Origin: Bispira polyomma
Lineage: Eukaryota
Reading direction: 5' to 3'
NCBI GenBank assembly: GCA_965649765.1
Contig: OZ287752.1
Coordinates: 22,134,001 to 22,198,000 of the forward strand
Length of the DNA: 64,000 nt
In this document: positions 27,241-41,363 of the stretch, one piece after another
Layout: every line of letters begins with the position of its first letter
How positions within the stretch are numbered: the stretch's first letter is position 1
Notes under the pieces: generated by a model
Databases searched by the model: none
The model's input: only the letters and a program-made list of their open reading frames with translations
What the model was told of the DNA's origin: nothing
Made by a program: the position numbers and the translations under genes

Positions 27241-27944
27241 ACAGCAGTTTGTCATGGTGTAGACCCTGCAGACTTTCGACTTAGCCAGGGTGAAATGAGG
27301 GGACACTTTCTTTCTTGTATTGAGGCAGGCCACATGAGTATGTTTTCAGGCATCAAAAGAAAACCTGTTGTTCGAAGAGACATCTAAACCACAAACTATG
27401 TGTGATAATGTGATCAAAATGTGATTTAAGTATGTGATATTTTTCAAACTGTATTATCATCAAAGGTACATAATATTGTAAATATCACAACTCATACTGT
27501 ATAATCAAAGTAAATATAATTTTATAAATATCATGTTTTTTAACTGAATATACTAATAAATTGGTAATATCATGTTACCATGTGTTTTAAATCATTGACT
27601 TTTTGTTTCACACAATTACTTAAATAGAGTGTAAATGAGGTCTCAATAACATAGGTGAAGTGAAAAACATAACCCTAAACTTAATTGTAATTCCTCAAGA
27701 AAGAATAGATATCACTGATTTGATCATCATATAAGGGGTGCACTTTAATGATGGGGGTGTAAAATATGGCAGCCATATTTTGCCCCCCCCTTCATCCCCA
27801 TTGTTAGGGGTGTAAAATATGGCAGCCATATAATGCACCCCCTAAAAGATCAAAGAGGGGGTGTAAAATATGGAAGGGATGCAAAATATGGCGTTACACC
27901 GGCCCATTGCTCTAATAGCTGCTCATTGTTACTTGTTTTATCCC

Positions 27945-30070
27945 AACTAGCCCACATGTAAATGTTTCTTGGATAAGTAGCCAAAACAAGGTCTTGGGTA
28001 CGTCCCGTAGTCAACACACTGACAACAGCTTGGTTGTCACACTTAAATAACACTTTTATACCCTTCCAATCATTAGCCCACAGTTTAAGAGCCACCAGGA
28101 TATTTATCATTTCAAGTGAGGCTATATTGTTATCGTCATGTGATTCGGTACTGTCAATTTATGAACTTGATTTCCACAAATTCCACTCATGCCAGTTAGA
28201 CAGGCATCAAGCTCAACTTGGGTGTGTATGAGTTTATGAGAAAAGAATCTGACACCATTAAATTGATTGATGAATGTGTTGAACCAGTTCAGGTCCTGTT
28301 TAAACTCCTCAGTTATGCAAAATTTGTTTTTTTCCCATAATTGTCTCGCAGTAATTGCAAGATTCTATTCAGGAACACTCAAGCATACTTAATAAATTTT
28401 GCAACGTATAGGAGTGAGCCCAACAAGGACTGTAGTACAATGAGCCTTACTTTTCCAACTCTGACATTTTTCTCTGATTTCTTTTAATTTATCATAAGGG
28501 ATAGAATTTGTGAAATTTTCTGTATTTACCAGTATGCCCAGGCACACTACCTGGGTACTGGGAGCTACCAACTTTTGCTGCTCACAGTTAAACCAAGTTC
28601 ACATAGTAAAGCTTGTTCATGTATGCGACCTCATATATACTACTTTGTACATTAATGGCAAGCAAATCGTCTATGTAGTTGTGTATATTATAACCCTTAG
28701 ACTGCATGATAAATCTAACTGCGTCCGAAAGACGTTGAAATATAGTGCTTTCCATTCTGATAACCGAACGGAAGACACAAAACAAATTTACATCTCCCGG
28801 GTCAATATGGACGTGACGAAACGCCCTACTGGCGTCAACTTTAAATATGTGGCAACCTCTGCCAAGTTTAATGACTTCATTTATGATACTATCGACCGAC
28901 GGGTATGACAACAGAAAATCCGGTCCTAAATATGAAGTAGGTGACGCCCCTGCGTGAACTGACTGACCCCGTGGCCCGCTTAAATCTATTATGGCCCTCC
29001 TATTGGTGCAACTCTACTTATCACGGGTTATTATAGGCTAACAATGGAGGTTTTCTATTGGAGGTTCACTAAAAGGCCCTAATGTCCCTCCAAATTCCCA
29101 CTCATCTCGTTAGTAGGTGTCGACATAATCAGGAAATTGATCCGCCAAACTGTGATTCGCATTATTAGATTGGCCAACATTGTTTGTGTAATTCAAATAA
29201 GCCAAGCTCATGGTTTTTAGTACCATTATCCCACTTTAAACCCAAGTGTTGTAAGGGGAGTAAAGCCATAATTGACCTCATTTTGTGCTTGCCATTCATT
29301 ATATGTTTTGTCATTTTTGGCTTCAGATAAAAGCTCCTGTTTGTTTGTTTCCTCTGCTTAAGCTCTAAAGCAGATTTGTCATTGGACCCAGAGGTTTCAG
29401 TCTGATTTGTATACATATCTACTTTCGGCCCACTTTTAGCTACCCGAGTAGTATTGTTTTTGTTTACATTTGTGCCAACTTTTTGGGGTCTTGTTAGGGG
29501 CCGAACTTCCACCGTCACAATCATTGTCTTGATCACCCCCCTACTGCATGTTTTCTGCAACGTTTGTTTGTTGAAGAGGCCAAAGCTATTGTGTAACACA
29601 AGTTCAGTGCTGGCACCTGTCAATACGTTTTGTTTGACACTTTTATTCCCAACACTCAGCTTATCCCCTTTTGTTTCCCTGCGCAGGTGTTAAGTTTGTT
29701 TTGTGCAGAAGAAAGAAAGGGGAGGGCCATTGTGCAGGAAGTTGATACCCGCGTCCTTTTGAATGCTTGTTGGTTTTCTAATAGAAACCTGTTGTACACA
29801 TTTTTGTTTTGGGATTATATTTACATCCCTCTTTTGACTTTTAAAAAGTTCTTTGCATTCTCGGACCTTGTTACGACTTCCTGTTACATTAGTACATAAA
29901 CCATAACTCTGATACTTTTTGTTAACATTTGTGACAGCCTGACTGTAACTGCAGCCAGTCTGTCTTCCCCAACTATACACAAACATTTTTTTGAAATCAA
30001 TTTACTAACACTTAGTTTAAGATAACCTTATGCTTAAAGTTTACTTTAGTTAAGGTGGCCTTAAGAATTT
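27945..30070 (-). mobile_element. Degenerate DIRS/Ngaro-like element fragment (RT/RNase H)
   Basis: Minus ORFs read YPSVDSII...FKVDASRAFRHVHIDPGD...HNYIDDLL, PSTQVVCLGI and NILVALKLWANDWKG...CDNQAVVSVLTTGRTQD. Confidence 0.85.
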
Positions 30071-31689
30071 GACTAAGAATATATAAATATATTAATAAAT
30101 AATATAAATATATTAGTAATTATGCGTAATCCCTGCATACGCTGATTTACTGTAACATCTATACATGTTATTGCACTTGGTGTATAAATGAAGGAATAAA
30201 TAAAATAAAAGGGTATGATACTTTTTGCTTTCAAAGTTTAGTTTTTAATAACTACTTATCCACTGTTATATTCACAAGTATCCAAATACAAAATATAAAT
30301 CAGGTTGGCAGACTTTGAGTATTAACTGTTAATCTTGGCTAAATAATGTATTACATATACCAAGGTCCAGAATGTAACGTTAAAAATGTTGAGTTAATCG
30401 TTTATTTTTTTTTAAAAAACATTAACAAATTCTGTGCAATTTTGACTAGATATATGTTTTCAAATTTTCCATGGGTCTTAATGAAAATAGTTTCTCTACC
30501 TCTAGAATGTTGTGACATGTAGAATGTTCTTTATTATATATTTAAACTCAGGCTACATTTCTGTTTTCCTAAAGAAGTCATCAACCTTATACAAACTGGT
30601 TTTGTTGAACAACAAAAAATGGACAGACATTCATTTTAAATATTGAGCCGGTTAAAAAGATTGGTTTTGTTTGCAATATAAACATATTTTAAATGTACAA
30701 GGCAGAAATACTTGGAAATTATGTGGCACAATAGCCTGTGTGAAACATTTTGATAAAGAAAAATGGCATGTAAAGGACCCATTATATTCACATGGCTTCC
30801 CATTCTGAAACTCTTAAAAATCCACCCTGGTGAGATTACTTGTGACATGCCAGATTACTGTTAATTTTGTGCCTTGTTTGTATACATTATAACAAAGGTT
30901 GAAACTAAATGAGGACATATTAACAGTAATATGTGCAATAAAAATTCACATTAAGTTAGTAAGATTGTATTACATAATTAAACACAAAGCTGTAACAAAG
31001 AAATTGACATTTGCCTGTACTGTTTTAAATGTGCAGTTAGAAATACACTTCTTCTGAAGTTATGAAATATTTATCATTTTGTTCAGAAACATTTACATGA
31101 ACTATCTCAGAAAAATACCAGTTCAGTAACAAAATTATTACTTAAAAGTCTTATTTTTTTGCTATAAGAAAAAAAAAAAGTCACATTGGGGAAATTATAC
31201 TCTTGTTTTACTGGTACCTCAATGTAATGATTGAAAAGAGTGGCAGTATGTGTATGTGGAGTAGAATACCTTAACATTTGTTAACATATTTACATTATAG
31301 TTTAAGAATGGAGAATCTGTTTACACTGTATTTTAGGGGATTTCCATGAGGAAGTACATAATTTGGTCTGAAAGATGATTGGTAGAAATAATAGTGTCCT
31401 ACTATTCTACTAAAAATAGCTTGTTTTGACAACACTGCTCACTTCTTGTAGCTAGACTTCCACTACAACAACTCACAATGACCAGATTAATGTTTATGTG
31501 TTTAATTTGGCTGGCAGAGAAGAGGATTCTATACTCATAACACAGTGTGCAATAATATATGAATTACACCATCAGTTCCTTTAGGCCAGTTACATATATG
31601 TGAGTTGAGTTTACTTATGAACACAGGAAACAATTGCGGTACAATCCTTTATTAGTAAAAGATTAGGCTAACATTTACTATGTACAGTT

Positions 31690-32080
31690 AAGTTTGAAGG
31701 GGGTGCATAAGGTAACCATAAAGTGGACAAATATTTTAAGGTAACCATAAATTAAGGTCACCATAGAAAACACCGTGGGTGCTTCAGGTAACCATAAAGG
31801 GGAATATAATTTGAAGTTTGAGGTTACCATAAACTGGTTAAGGAAACCATAAATTCAGGTGACCATAAAGTGCACCATAAGTGCTTAAGGTAACCATAAA
31901 TCAGGAAAATAATTTTTTGCACAGTTTGAGGTTACCATAAGTTAAGTGATAAGTTAAATGAAGTTAAGTTTAAGACTTCAGTGTAAAAGCTTTAATTCAT
32001 TCACTGAAATTATATTAGGGTTTTAGAAAATTTGGATGAGTACATTATGTACTAGCCAAATGTAAGGTTACCTTATGCCC
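31690..32080. repeat. Cluster of AGGTNACCATAA motifs, probably a DIRS terminal-repeat relic
   Basis: About nine copies lie between 31708 and 31942, and the same core motif occurs in the B repeats. Confidence 0.6.
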
Positions 32081-34719
32081 CAAACAAATGTATTGATGTT
32101 TGTTGAAAAACATTTTCTGTTATACACAGGGGACATGAAATTGTCCCAGACCACCATACAGATAAAAACAAGTGTTTAAATTGTATCGTAAATGCATAAC
32201 TTAGGTAAAATGTGTAAATATGTTGTTTATAACAGTTTATTCAAATTTGTAAAATGCAGTTTGTAACAGTCGCAGAGCAGCATTCAGACAGGGCACGTCC
32301 GACCAGCTGGAAGCAGACATCCTACTATATTTGACACGGTTAAGTGGTAACCCTAGCACACCTTTTGCATGTGCTACCCCACCAGTTCATTTTTGAGGGT
32401 AACCAATCCGAAAGATGGATAAGTCGCCATCTTGTTCAGTCTTTTAACATTATTTCCCCACTCTAGCTAGCAGGCGACAGTCTTACTTGGACGAGCAATA
32501 CGACCCCTTATCTACATTATACAGTTGGAGGAATTAAAACATTTAATGTGACAAAAAAAAAAAAATCACTAATACACAGCAGCACCGATCCCAAGGGGGA
32601 GACCCCACCACAACAGCTACCTGTTCCAAGCAACAAGAGTTCGTCAAAGCCCCCTAACATGGGCCTAGATTGAATAACAGTACTTCCAAGTCATACAGAC
32701 GAACAGGACGCAGTGAAGACACACCCAGCCCGGGGCATCAAGCCACACAGGAGGCACACAGGGATCAGAGCTGCTGAATCTGAGGTTCACAGATAACATC
32801 TGAAACTAGAACAACAATGTTAAACAGGAAAATGGAGGGTGGGGTGTTGAAGCTGTTCCTTCTGCTGCCGAGTTTGAAAAGAATCAATAATTGGACAGCC
32901 GAGGCTTATATAGTACTACGCAATGCCCCGTGAAAGGGAATTAGACTGGTCCCCTAGAACTGATCACTATAATATTTTATTCACAGGATAAAGTATCATA
33001 ATGTACACACATTTAGCCGTCTTCTTATTAAGGTGCTTCCCTTTCAACTAATTTTATTTGAACAAGATAAATTACTGAAGTACTTTTACTATTCCTTGTT
33101 TACATGCTCCGCCCATTAAACCAGGTTTAAAATATCTTCAGACAGCAACCACATAAGTGTTTTTACTATATAAGTCAATTATTCAGATGTAACTAAAATG
33201 TATTAGTTTTGTTAATTTAGTTTATCGTCTTTAAATGAAAATATAACATGAAAATGATCAAAACTATGAGATTAAAAACACTTTGAAATATTTCAAGACA
33301 AATATTATGGATATTTTATGTCAGGTCAACGTCCAATAACTAAGTTATATTAACCACACTTCATTTTCTCAAACTTGTCTTTCTGGGGACATCTGTTTTT
33401 GAAAAGTCATCAACAATAGCCTATGTTTGTATCAGACTGTCAGAATATGACGCTGATACCTGACATTTGTGTGTAATATCAGATTGATCAAATTTTCTGA
33501 TAACTAAATGAAAATCATAAATAATGTCCATTATAGTTTAACCTCAATATTGATTGATTGGGTTTAACATTAATTTTCAACCCATTTTTATAGGTCATAT
33601 AATGATAGATAATATAAAGATAGGTCATACAATGATGGGCAGTTTTAGTGGTGCAGGAAAGCAGTGTTGGTAAAGATTCTGCACTGTCAACCACTTGCAA
33701 CAGCAAGTAATTGCCAACTTTCCTATACAAAGCCATAGTCAAGATTCAAACCCTCAAGCTCAGAGGAAGGCGGTAAGTGCATTACAACTGAGCAGAGCCC
33801 CCTAGTATAACTTCGAAAATAATTTTTTTCCTTATGATATTTACAGAACAACCCATTGACAAATGCAGTAAGTAAATCTACCCCTAAAGGTTCTTCTGTA
33901 GAAATAAGAAACAGGAGTAATGTAATGGTATGATGTATAGCACTCAAGATTTAAATGCATTGAATAGTAAACAAACAAATGACAACCTGAATTTAAATAG
34001 ACTGACAAGTATTTATGTGTAATTTTATTGACTAACCCAGTTTGTAGTCTCTCTTATGGCAATATAGTTTGTAGAAGGTACTTAGACTGAATGAGGTAAA
34101 TCAAGCATGCACAGCACAGAGCTCTCTTTGTGTAGACTTAGACCTTGAAGTGTACATTTTTCTGTGTCCACTCTAATATATGTTTGATCTAGTAAATATA
34201 TTCATTAAAATGGACCCAAAAGTCTGTAATATTATTGATAATCTCCATGCCTAGCCTGAATAATAAATTTAGTAATAAAAACGTAATAAAAAGTGCGGAT
34301 AGCATTAAATTAAAAGTGAAGTGTTACGCCTTACGCTAATGATAGGACTGTAGTTTGTTAAATATGTACACTAAAATGGGTAAATTTGAATACACATCAC
34401 AATTATAATACTAAGATACAATGTAAAGTACGTGAGTACATAATAACAAGTACATAATAACCATAGCTGAGTACATTTTGTATCCTAACACAATAATGAC
34501 AACACTGACAATATATTTTATCACGTAAATCTATGTACGTCCACACAGTTCAAATGCAAGTATACAATGCCACAAGGACATTAATACCATGTTAACCATA
34601 GATGAGCACATTGTGTAACCTAACAAATTATGACAACACTGGCAATATTTTTTAACATGTAAGTGACAAAATGATTGTCAAACATAAGACATTGTTCATG
34701 AGAAGTACTCCAAACCTAA

Positions 34720-35450
34720 AGAAGTAGGGTTTTGCAAATAGTATTTTAAAGGTAGAAGCTATATTCTCATCAGCTTGGGGTCATGCATGATGTAATTCCA
34801 GACAGATTACATGCTTTAAGGCTAACGTCAAGCAAATTTGCAGTAGAACGTCTGAAAGTATGGCACCCATGGGATGTGGGTCCAGGTTGAGAGATTGGAG
34901 AACAATTTTGTAATCTTTTCTCACCATGATATCTGTGAAACTGAAAAGTTTGTCTTTGAATGGTATGAGAAATAGGGTTCAATTTTTGTGGGCTGGATAG
35001 GCATTATACATGACCATGATTAGAGCAGTGACCGGGCACAAATAGTGGTTTGGTAGCAGTGCAAGGTTATCAAGTAGAACTTACCCCTGGTGTGGATTGT
35101 GTTAGACCATTTTAATATAACCTTACATTCATGGTGAGCAAATAGGATGTCACCTCGGGTCAAGTGACGTGAAATGTCATATAGTGAGGATGGACGTGAG
35201 GGTTAAATTGAATAGCCCCCAAAAAAGCCCAAAAGGCTACTAAATATAGGGACTGATAGAATTTTTGGAATTGTTGAGTTGTTAAGCTTTGTTGACAATC
35301 TCTACCAACATAAAATAGGCCCCTGACCTAAGGTAAATACTTATAGGTCTCATGAAGATACATATTTTATCATGGTCAAACACAACAACTAGGAGGCCAT
35401 AGTACTTGAGTCTGTTTTGGATACCAGATGTGTTGTTGGATATTTTGCTA
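34720..35450 (-). pseudogene. Tyrosine recombinase remnant of a DIRS/Ngaro-like element
   Basis: The minus strand reads LYLVAFWAF, YDISRHLTRGDI, LKWSNT (for KWSKT) and HGCHTFRRS (HxxR motif). Confidence 0.7.
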
Positions 35451-35457
35451 AATGCAA

Positions 35458-36833
35458 TACCCCTGTTCTACTATGCCAATCATAGCCCCCAATCATTACG
35501 TTTATAAGATCGGGGCAATTATCGGGGAGGTCCAGGGGTTCCAACGACTTATCGTTTCAAATCGGGGAATTCGCAGAGGTTTTTAAATCAGTGGAAACAA
35601 AGGATAAGTGGTTAGGAAAGCCCCAGTTGTAAAAAGGTCAGGCCAAACAAACGAAAATTCGTTGGCGCCGAGTGAAAAGATATCTCGGTGGAACAAAAGA
35701 TAGGTCAGGGGAGTGAAACGATAGATGGGGGTGTCAAAAGATAACTCAGGTAAAAAATCTTATTAGTCGGCTCACATTTTGGGAGACAGCCTGAAGGTAT
35801 ATACGGGGGTCATTGACAGCGATCTACATTCATTCAGCTACAGCATCTTGGAGACTTCACAACTATCAACAATTCTATAATTCCACAGACAGAGATTATT
35901 ATTAAGAATATTATTAAGACTAGAACGTTGTTGTTTATTTTTTTATATAAAGCATAACTTTAGCATTACGGCACCAGATATAAAGACCAAGAATATGAGG
36001 ATGGAGAGGCATGTGGAGGCATAAAATGAGGAGAACCGATAATTTGATGTGGAAGTGCCCCTTAACATCCCTGAGACACAGCTTTCTCAGCGTTCACATA
36101 CCCAGGTGATAGAGCAGGGGGAACCTAGGAGGATAGGGCTGATACAGCTGAGGATAAAGAGGTGGCTTCCATATTGAAGAAACAGAAGAATGGGATGATG
36201 TGTACAGTCATGTTCAGAGGAGGTGGCACTGGTGGACTTTCTGCGGGACCATGAATGGCTCTATTACAAGAGGGACCTGCAATACAAAGACACCTAGGTT
36301 AAAGACATGTTGTGGCTAGAGTTCTGCTCGGGCAAGGGATTGGACATGGAAGAAGTAAAGAAGTGGTTTCAATCACAGAGGTCTATCTATGGGAAGCTGA
36401 GCATCAGGAAGTCTGGTCAGGCAACACCTGAGTTGACACAGAGGCACCACTGACTTTTTAAAACCTCACATCATACGACATGTCTCAAGAACATCCGGCT
36501 TCAGACCTGTCGCATCGGCCTCTTTGTCTGTGGCTCAAGCAGAACCACCAACTCCTGGGGGTACCAGTCAGACACAGACTAGGGCACTGAAACAGAGATA
36601 CAGTGTTTCTTCTTGATAACATCCCATAGGAGTACTTCAAAGCAGTCTTCAGTCTGTGCCACATCAACGCTGAACCCAGAGGAGGCACTGTCTAGTGAAC
36701 TGAGACCTACGAAGGCCACGATGCAGCACATCACTTTTTTAAAACAAAATCGTGGGGAAATGCCAATGATTGCTCCCAATGTCACAATAATCGGGGCTTC
36801 TCCCCGACCGTTCATGATAGTGGAATAGCACCA
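35458..36833 (+). mobile_element. Internally deleted Harbinger derivative with MADF remnant; same family as 16266-19909, opposite orientation
   Basis: Ends read CAA|TACCCCTGTTCTACTA ... TAGTGGAATAGCACCA|TAA. 35458-35580 is the reverse complement of about 19790-19909. It also reads LVDFLRDHEWLYYKR...KDMLW...KKWFQSQRSIYGKL. Confidence 0.8.
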
Positions 36834-37247
36834 TAAACCTGCTAAATACCAAGCATTCTAGGAATGACATAATATGCCCCATCTAAAGTTCTTGCAACAT
36901 CAATGTACATAAACACACAAAACTTGATGAAGGTCATCAACATGTAGTTATAATCATCTTGTTGGACGAAAGGCGGAGTGCAAATGATTATGTACCCTTG
37001 GCAACAATGTATCATTGGCAGATGGTGCATCTAAAACAAAAAAGGATTAAATATGTTCATATAAAACCCAAGCAGTATGCATTTCCATTGAAGTGTCACT
37101 CCTTTATTTCTAATAATGTAGTGGTAGAAACTAATGTAGTGGTAGAGTTTTTCTACCATTTAATAAACTAAATATTTAAAGACGCATTCTTAATTTAATT
37201 TCACTTTTCATTCAAAATTGTTGTTTTAGTTGGGTTGGGTTTTATAA

Positions 37248-37359
37248 TAGATAAACACCTCGTGGCACTTACATTGTGTAAACTTAATGGGTACTCGGGC
37301 CTAAAGGCCCTCATACTCCATTAAGTTTACATAATGTAGTGCCACTTGGTGGTTATCTA
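37248..37359. repeat. About 110-bp near-perfect palindrome
   Basis: tagataaacacctcgtggcacttacattgtgtaaacttaatgggtactcgggcc-taaa-ggccctcatactccattaagtttacataatgtagtgccacttggtggttatcta. Confidence 0.85.
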
Positions 37360-37399
37360 AATACTATATGGTCAACTGTATGGTATACTATATTGTAAT

Positions 37400-40300
37400 A
37401 TGTGACACCATATTGGTTGTGGCAGATACAAAGTGTGCATGTGTTTTTTTCGGCTGAAGGCGTAAACCATATGGACAACATATTGGCGACAAAGTTGGCC
37501 ATGCCCATAACATGGCTGAAGTGAATTGTAATCTCAAAAATGGTCGCTCCAGCCCAATGGTTGCGTGCACATGCCAACATTACATCATTCTAGACTCTGT
37601 CTGACCTGAGAGTGGAGACAACAGTCTGATTGTCAGACTTTATATGTATTTTACTTTTGGCCCATAAGAGGTGCTTTAGTCTAACTGCTAAAAGTACATT
37701 TAACATTTCTAACTGGACAATGTTTCAGGTACAACCAATTTAAGTGGGGAATCGATAAGGGTGTACATAATTATAATATACTCCCCAAAACCATTCATAT
37801 ACTTGTCCAACTCAACAACAGTGTCACTGTTAATGTCATTGTGACTGTAGGCACTGGTTCCAATATATCCAGGAAGGACGTTCACACACAATCTTAGTTC
37901 CCTGTGGAATTTGTGATCCAAGGTGACATATCCACGGTCTGGGAGTACTTGATAGCCTGTTGACAAAAAGCCTAGTGGGTTGATAACATTGATGAAGAAA
38001 TATAAGTTTGACAATGAGGGATTAGAGTCCCTTCTTATTGACTCTAGTTTTGAGTTGACCAATAATGGCACACCTGGTATAGTTCATTATACTTTTTTAA
38101 GAGGATAAAAAGATCAGGGATGCTCTGACTTTGATATGTGATATGGGAAGACCCAGAACCTCCGTCAGTTTAGGTGGGTACTAAAAGCTGGAAGTGGAAG
38201 GGTGCGGTTGGAAGGGTACGGGAGGTGCGGTAGAGGTGCTGGGATGCGGTAAAAGGTGTGGTACTTATAAATGATATAAAATAGAGTTCCTTTCAAATTA
38301 TATGATGTTAATTGGTATCAAAATGTTCGTAGGAAAGTATTGTTTGTTATAAAAGGGATTCTGTACAGTAATGATATAAACTTATGGATGTTTAGACTTT
38401 AGAAGATCAGAGCCAACCATTTGTCAGTTGCTGCATGTCATGATATATTAATTAACCAATCACAATACAATATATATTGAGTGGTCCTCTCAATATAATA
38501 TATTTGTATAATACAATAGCTCTACTTTCTTAGTGGGCAGAGTCAAAATTATTTTTCACCCAGTTGTTGCTCAGAATAAATATGGAGTGTCTGGTAATGA
38601 AAGATACATTAGTTAACAGGCAGGTTGATAATCAAAGAAATAGTTATTACACTCCACACAATTGGAAAATAGTTATATAAGTGGGTCGATTGTAATCCAT
38701 GGAACTGGTAGTTAATACTAGATTCATAATCAATGGAATGGTTTCCAGCTTTTGAATTTGTAATCAACAATTAATAAACTAATAGAGGGCTTAATGCAGT
38801 GGTCGGAGGGCATAACATTTATATTAGGAGAATTGCAATCCATGCAATTGGTATAGTGAATCATCATATTAATAATCAAAGGAATGGAGAAAGCAAAGAC
38901 TGAGAACATATTAACACACACACACATAAGGTGATCTCTGCATATGCTGAAACCCCCCCCCACAACACACACCACACACACCCTGATTGGCTTCGTTGCA
39001 GCTTGGTAGTATTGATTATCAACCCCCCCTCCCAGCACCACCCCCAAGTATAGAGGTGCAGTGTTTTGGTGTTAACTATATATCAGTAATTGAAGCATTT
39101 GTTTTTATATCATAACTTTCTTATTTATTGATGGATTTTAACAATTATTTCACCAGTGAAATCTATATTTTAATGCGAACATTTTAATATCAAATAACCT
39201 TATACTCAGGTAGTATAGCCGTGTTTGTGTATGAGTTATAAATAGACTATATACTTTTCTTCTGAATAGAAAGTGACAGTAAATACTCCCACTGGGGCCT
39301 CAAAAACACCCCACCTTGTCACTTCCAAGTCATTTCCAACTACCACACTCAAAAACACTGCACCTCCTCACTTCTAAGTCATTTCAACTACCGCAACCCT
39401 AATTGTAATCTTATAAAGTGAACTTTTAACATACTGTACCACCTCCAATTTAAATATTGTATTGTATAAATATATAAGTCAAATGTTTAATTTTGGTAAA
39501 TGTATTCATCAAATTATTTTTAATTACTGACAAAATACTTATTTTGTTATGTTTCCATATTCACCATGTTTAAAATGTATTATGTTTTAATTAGTACTTT
39601 AAAATGTATATATTGCATGTTTTAAATGTATACTATGTATGAATAGTCTATATTTTAATATGTTTCTATATCCACCATGTTTAGAATGTATTGTATATAT
39701 TGTGTATGGTTTAAATGTTTACTATGTATCAGTAGTCTGTATAATTACTCCTAAAACTGAATAAACTATTTGTTTTAATATGTTTTGATACCACAGAAGT
39801 TGAACATAGAATTACTGCACCTCGTCACTTCCAAGTAATTTCAACTGCAGAGGTACGGTACATTTAAAGAAGACATATACAAGGATATACTTAATGAAAA
39901 TAAGATTAATTTTATGATATATTTTACACAGATATATACCTAAAACACAATGTACTCCTCCACATCTCCAACACTGCACCTCGTCCAAGTCACTTCAGAA
40001 AGAAAGCATATAGAGGTGCGACTGTTGGAAGTGACTTGGAAGCGACGAGGTGCGGTGTTTGTAGGTTAATATAGCTGACTTTGAGGGGCCAGCAGTTTTG
40101 TCTTTTAATTTGAAAAAACTCTCTAACTTACCATCTGGCGCCAAAAAGGTTTCTATATCATAACTTTCATATTTAATGATAGATTTTAATCATTCTTTCA
40201 TCATTACATTCAGTAGGTCAATACGGACATTTCGCTACCAAATAACCATATATACATCAAGCAGGAAGTATATATATATATATATATATTATTTTTTTTC

Positions 40301-41363
40301 ATGATCAGACACCCATTACAAGTAAGGTATAGGGGTGCAGCAGTTGGAAGTGATTTTGAAGTGACGAGGTGCGGCGTTTCTGTGGGAAATATATCAGTGA
40401 GGCCCAAGTAGGGTATTTACAAATATTTGTACATATTTTATCATTTAAACTATATATACATGTACTTGTCACTTGTCTATAGAAGGAAAGTATAGAGGTG
40501 TGGCAGTTGGGAGGACTTGGAAGTGATTAGCTTTAGCTATAAATGTGCTCTTAAGGATTTTTTGTAATACTATATATTGTGTATGACTAAAAACTAAATA
40601 AATAAAAATAAAAAAAAATTATACAGTACACTGGTATACTTCCAAGTAGAGTGACTTAAATTTTACAGTTCTGTATTTTAATTTAGGAATAGCCTTTTCA
40701 TTTACCATCTATCTTAAAAAAAATTCTAAGTATTACCATTACTTGTAAATATAATTATCCATTATTTGCAAATATACTTCTTAGTTATTCTCAATGGAGT
40801 TAAAAAAAACCCCAATTTCTTTAATTATTGTTCAAGGATTAAGATTACAAACTATTTATTTGATTATTAGCCTGCCTGTTAACTAATTCATGATTACCAA
40901 ACTTAAAACTTAATTAATATGTCTTTGATAATTAACCTGAATGTTAAAAATGTATAATCCTTGTGTATGTATATACTTATAAAGTTGTACAATTACTCTT
41001 AAATACTGAATACACGATTTGTTTTACTTAAAAACCAATTGTTTCTATGTGGACCAATTACAATTGCCCAAATCCTTAAATCACACATTATTCAGCCAAT
41101 CAGAGGAGAGAGGTGCGGTAAAAAGGTGCGGGGGTGCGTTATTTCCAGTTCCATTCCACTTCCAAGTCCACTTCCAACTTTTAGTAGGTACCGTCAGTTT
41201 AAGCCTCTTGAGTCTTACTTGGTAGTATTAGACATAGTAAATCAGCAACATACAAAATTATATCATAGCCTTTACAATTTATGGTGTATCTCATTCAGTA
41301 AGTGAGTGTAGTACAAAACGTGCTGCCACTTCGAAATTGCAATGTCATCTATGGTAGGATACC
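37400..41363 (-). mobile_element. Old DIRS/Ngaro RT/RNase H relic split by the 38173-41192 insertion
   Basis: The right part reads PTIDDIA, GSTFC and KGYDIILYVADL. The left part continues LTEVLGLPIS and LACARNHW...HVMGMANFVANMLSIW. Confidence 0.65.
38173..41192. mobile_element. 3.0-kb non-coding DNA transposon with GG termini and 9-bp TSD (Merlin- or Mutator-like)
   Basis: TSD gtcagttta at 38164-38172 and 41193-41201. TIRs are GGTGGGTACTAAAAGCTGGAAGTGGA and TCCACTTCCAACTTTTAGTAGGTACC. Internal repeats of gaggtgcggt and ttggaagtga are present. Confidence 0.85.
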
